64,000 nucleotides of DNA from Macrostomum lignano. Its lineage: Eukaryota. The stretch lies in NCBI GenBank assembly GCA_002269645.1, contig NIVC01001740.1, positions 62,001 to 126,000 on the forward strand, given 5' to 3'. Shown one piece after another: positions 60,722-64,000 of this stretch (positions are counted from its first letter, which is position 1; every line of letters starts with the position of its first letter). A program made the translations under genes and the position numbers. The notes below the pieces were generated by a model. It saw only the letters and a list, made by a program, of their open reading frames with translations, was not told the DNA's origin and made no database searches.

Positions 60722-61243
60722 AGGGGCGTAGTCAAGGATCCAGTTGACTGGCAAAAGTACCTCCTTGCAGCAGTTCATTCAAATGAGATTGGCGCTTACT
60801 CAAATGAGATTGGCGCTTACTCAAATGAGATTGGCGCTTACTCAAATGAGATTGGCGCTTACTCAAATGAGTTTGGCACTTACTCAAATGAGATTGGCGC
60901 TTACTCAAATGAGATTGGCGCTTACTCAAATGAGATTGGCGCTTACTCAAATGAGATTGGCGCTTACTTAAATGAGATTGGCGCTTACTCAAATGAGATT
61001 GGCGCTTACTCAAATGAGATTGGCGCTTACTCAAATGAGATTGGCGCTTACTCAAATAAGATTGGCGCTTACTCAAATAAGATTGGCGCTTACTCAAATG
61101 AGATTGGCGCTTACTCAAATGAGATTGGCGCTTACTCAAATGAGATTGGCGCTTACTCAAATGAGATTGGCGCCTACTCAAATGATATCAGCTGCTACTT
61201 AGAGGCGCTCCTATTCCCAATGAAGAATCCTGGCTACGCCTAG
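60722..61243. mobile_element. MITE-like shell (GGCGTAGTCAAGGAT...ATCCTGGCTACGCC) enclosing a 21-bp array (CAAATGAGATTGGCGCTTACT)n, ~19 copies
   Basis: Imperfect inverted termini at ~60725-60739 and ~61227-61240; array at 60780-61180. Confidence 0.65.
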
Positions 61244-62034
61244 CAACTGTTTTACTGGGGCTACTGGGGCTGAATTGGAATCTCGGCTTGGCTCTGCTCG
61301 TGCAATTAATGCCATTGAGGGCCAACCCCCAAGGCACAGTGAAGTGTACATGCCTAACGATAAAATAAAGTTAGGGCCGCTGTACACTCCTGTGTGAGTG
61401 TGTGCCTGCTCAGGGGAGTCGGCGGAATGGGCAGTAATGCCTATCGCCAGTTGTGTGACAATGCCGCTTAGGGTGCCTCTAACAAAAAGTAACTGCTGTG
61501 CTGTAATGGGCCTTCTTGCTTTAATATACGAGCCAGCTTATTGCACTAGTCATTTCACACCAGCAGCGTCACTCTGAAACTGAAGGTTTTTTGACAGGTT
61601 TTCAATGGCTGAACTTTTATATAATAGCTGTAACCAACAAGTTTTAGTTACAGTTCCAATTTTAGTTTAGTTTGCACACCTGCAGCTTGTGTTATAGTGA
61701 ACGCCCACACTATGTCTTTATCTTTAATCAGATTATCGATTTTCAGAGAAGAAGCCGTTTGATCGCTAAAGAGCTTTCCTGCCTTTCTCTATCTAGATTT
61801 TTTTCTCAGTCGAAATACTGTAATGCCTTCTTTATAACTATTTGTAAGAAGTTCACCTTTTGCATACCTACCTGATTTTACCGTCAAGAGAGAAAAAATA
61901 TTTCAATTTCATTTATACTGTATGAGCACCGAAAATAAAAAATAAAGTATACTTTCACATCCGCAATGCCTTCAAACATGTCACACAGCCATTGTCCCTG
62001 TGTAAATCGACAAACTTTACATTTCTAAAAGAAA

Positions 62035-62059
62035 AACAGACAGGCAGACACAAAGAGGC

Positions 62060-62110
<51 letters not shown>

Positions 62111-62424
62111 AAGATAGACAGACAGACACTAAGACAGACAGACACAGAGAGGCAGGCAGACAGACAGACAGACGGACAGACAGACAGACAGACAGACGGA
62201 CAGACAGACAGACAGTCAGACAGACAGTCAGACAGACAGACAAGACAGACAGACAGGCAGACAGAAAGACAGACGGACGGACAGACAGACAGACAGTCAG
62301 ACAGACAGACAGACAGGCAGACACAGAGAGGCAGACAGACAGGCAGACAGACAAACAGGCAGGCAGGCAGACAGACAGACAGGCAGACAGACAAACAGGC
62401 AGGCAGGCAGACAGACAGACAGGC

Positions 62425-62467
<43 letters not shown>

Positions 62468-62468
62468 A

Positions 62469-62505
<37 letters not shown>

Positions 62506-62528
62506 GTCAGACAGACAGACAGACAGAA

Positions 62529-62573
<45 letters not shown>

Positions 62574-62596
62574 GTCAGACAGACAGACAGACAGAA

Positions 62597-62629
<33 letters not shown>

Positions 62630-62683
62630 CAGAGAGGCAGACAGACAGACAGACAGACAGACACAGAGAGGCAGACAGACAGG

Positions 62684-62714
<31 letters not shown>

Positions 62715-62936
62715 GCAGACAGACAGGCAGACAGACACTAAGACAGACAGACACAGAGAGGCAGGCAGACAGACAGACAGACGGACAGACAGACAGACAG
62801 ACGGACAGACAGACAGACAGTCAGACAGACAGACAGACAGACAGACAGGCAGACACAGAGAGGCAGACAGACAGGCAGACAGACAAACAGGCAGGCAGGC
62901 AGACAGACAGACAGGCAGACAGACAAACAGGCAGGC

Positions 62937-63016
<80 letters not shown>

Positions 63017-63040
63017 GGACGGACAGACAGACAGACAAAC
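62035..63040. repeat. Compound (AGAC)n microsatellite with repeated internal variant blocks
   Basis: Direct reading. Variant blocks such as ACACTAAGACAGACAGACACAGAGAGGCAGGC recur at ~62125 and ~62735. Confidence 0.97.
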
Positions 63041-63564
63041 ACTGACATTGCTTTTGATGCAGAATGTACTAAAACAGAAAACCAAACAAATTAGTTAGGA
63101 TTTAATAGACGACAATCTGAAGCGCAATCAAGTCATAAATCCTAATAACATAATAGAAAGGAATATATTGTAGTTTAGCAGTCTAACACTCAATCAGCAG
63201 GCGATGGCTTTGACAAAAGAAAAATCTTAGAAGGTACAGTGTATAAAAAGCAAAAATCGGATTAAACAGATTCCAGTCGCAAGGACGGCGCGAGCCGGGG
63301 ACACGGGTGAACTGCTGGTAATTGAACATTAGCTGATTGTTAGCAGGATTAGTCAAAATACCTGTTCAAATTGCACTAAATAGTAAAGCAGGAATTACTG
63401 CAAGAGTAGCGAGTGCACACTGGGTATGTATTGTTTAGGCAAGTTAAATATACTGCTTCAGATAAGTCAGTTAAACTTCCTAAAAGTGCATTACATCTAA
63501 AGCATAAAAACGTGAAATAAATCAGTGGGAGGCGGAGGTTCCAATGGGTGAGCGAGAGGGGGTC

Positions 63565-64000
63565 AAATGGAGTGGCGAGGGGATAGAATGGAGTAGAGAG
63601 GGGATAGAATGGAGTAGAGAGGGGATAGAATGGAGTAGAGAGGGGATAGAATGGAGTAGAGAGGAGATAGATTGGAGTAGAGAGGGGATAGATTGGAGTA
63701 GAGAGGGGATAGAATGGAGTAGAGAGGGGATAGAATGGAGTGGAGAGGGGATAGAATGAAGAGGAGAATGGATAGAATGAAGAGGAGAGGGGACAGAATG
63801 GAGTGGAGAGGGGATAGAATGGAGTGGAGAGGGGATAGAATGGAGTGGAGAGGGGATAGAATGAAGAGGAGAATGGATAGAATGAAGAGGAGAGGGGACA
63901 GAATGGAGTGGAGAGGGGATAGAATGGAGTGGAGAGGGGATAGAATGGAGTGGAGAGGGGATAGAATGGAGTGGAGAGGGGATAGAATGGAGAGGAGAAG
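63565..64000 (+). repeat. 21-bp purine-rich minisatellite (GGGATAGAATGGAGTRGAGAG)n, running off the window end
   Basis: Direct reading. Confidence 0.95.

Overview
Eukaryotic, repeat-rich invertebrate DNA. Introns, microsatellites, GC-rich exons and SINE/LTR/Penelope debris are all present. The style suggests a free-living flatworm such as Macrostomum, which is an inference only. In order along the window: a defective Ty3/Gypsy retrotransposon with PPT and probable 3' LTR (0.7-3.25 kb); a 16.6-kb G-rich 17/18-bp satellite (3.86-20.45 kb) that produces the three spurious ~5500-aa ORFs; many 7-30-bp minisatellites and GTCT/ATCT microsatellites; a three-exon minus-strand class A neuropeptide-type GPCR (~447 aa) whose 8.8-kb first intron has a GC donor; a candidate orphan 154-aa gene; and three intronless SLC22-like transporter paralogs interleaved with CORE-like SINEs, MITEs, a Harbinger remnant and a Penelope RT remnant. 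The most notable non-obvious signal is an intact-looking minimal type I hammerhead ribozyme with a palindromic stem III (34444-34484). It lies inside a nested inverted-repeat element whose 3' ~440 bp recurs 12 kb away. Also notable: a charge switch at the SLC22 TM11 substrate-selectivity position between paralogs, and a recurrent GGCGC(C) motif in several minisatellites, some of which sit in TIR-like shells. All calls come from reading the sequence by eye; no searches were run.
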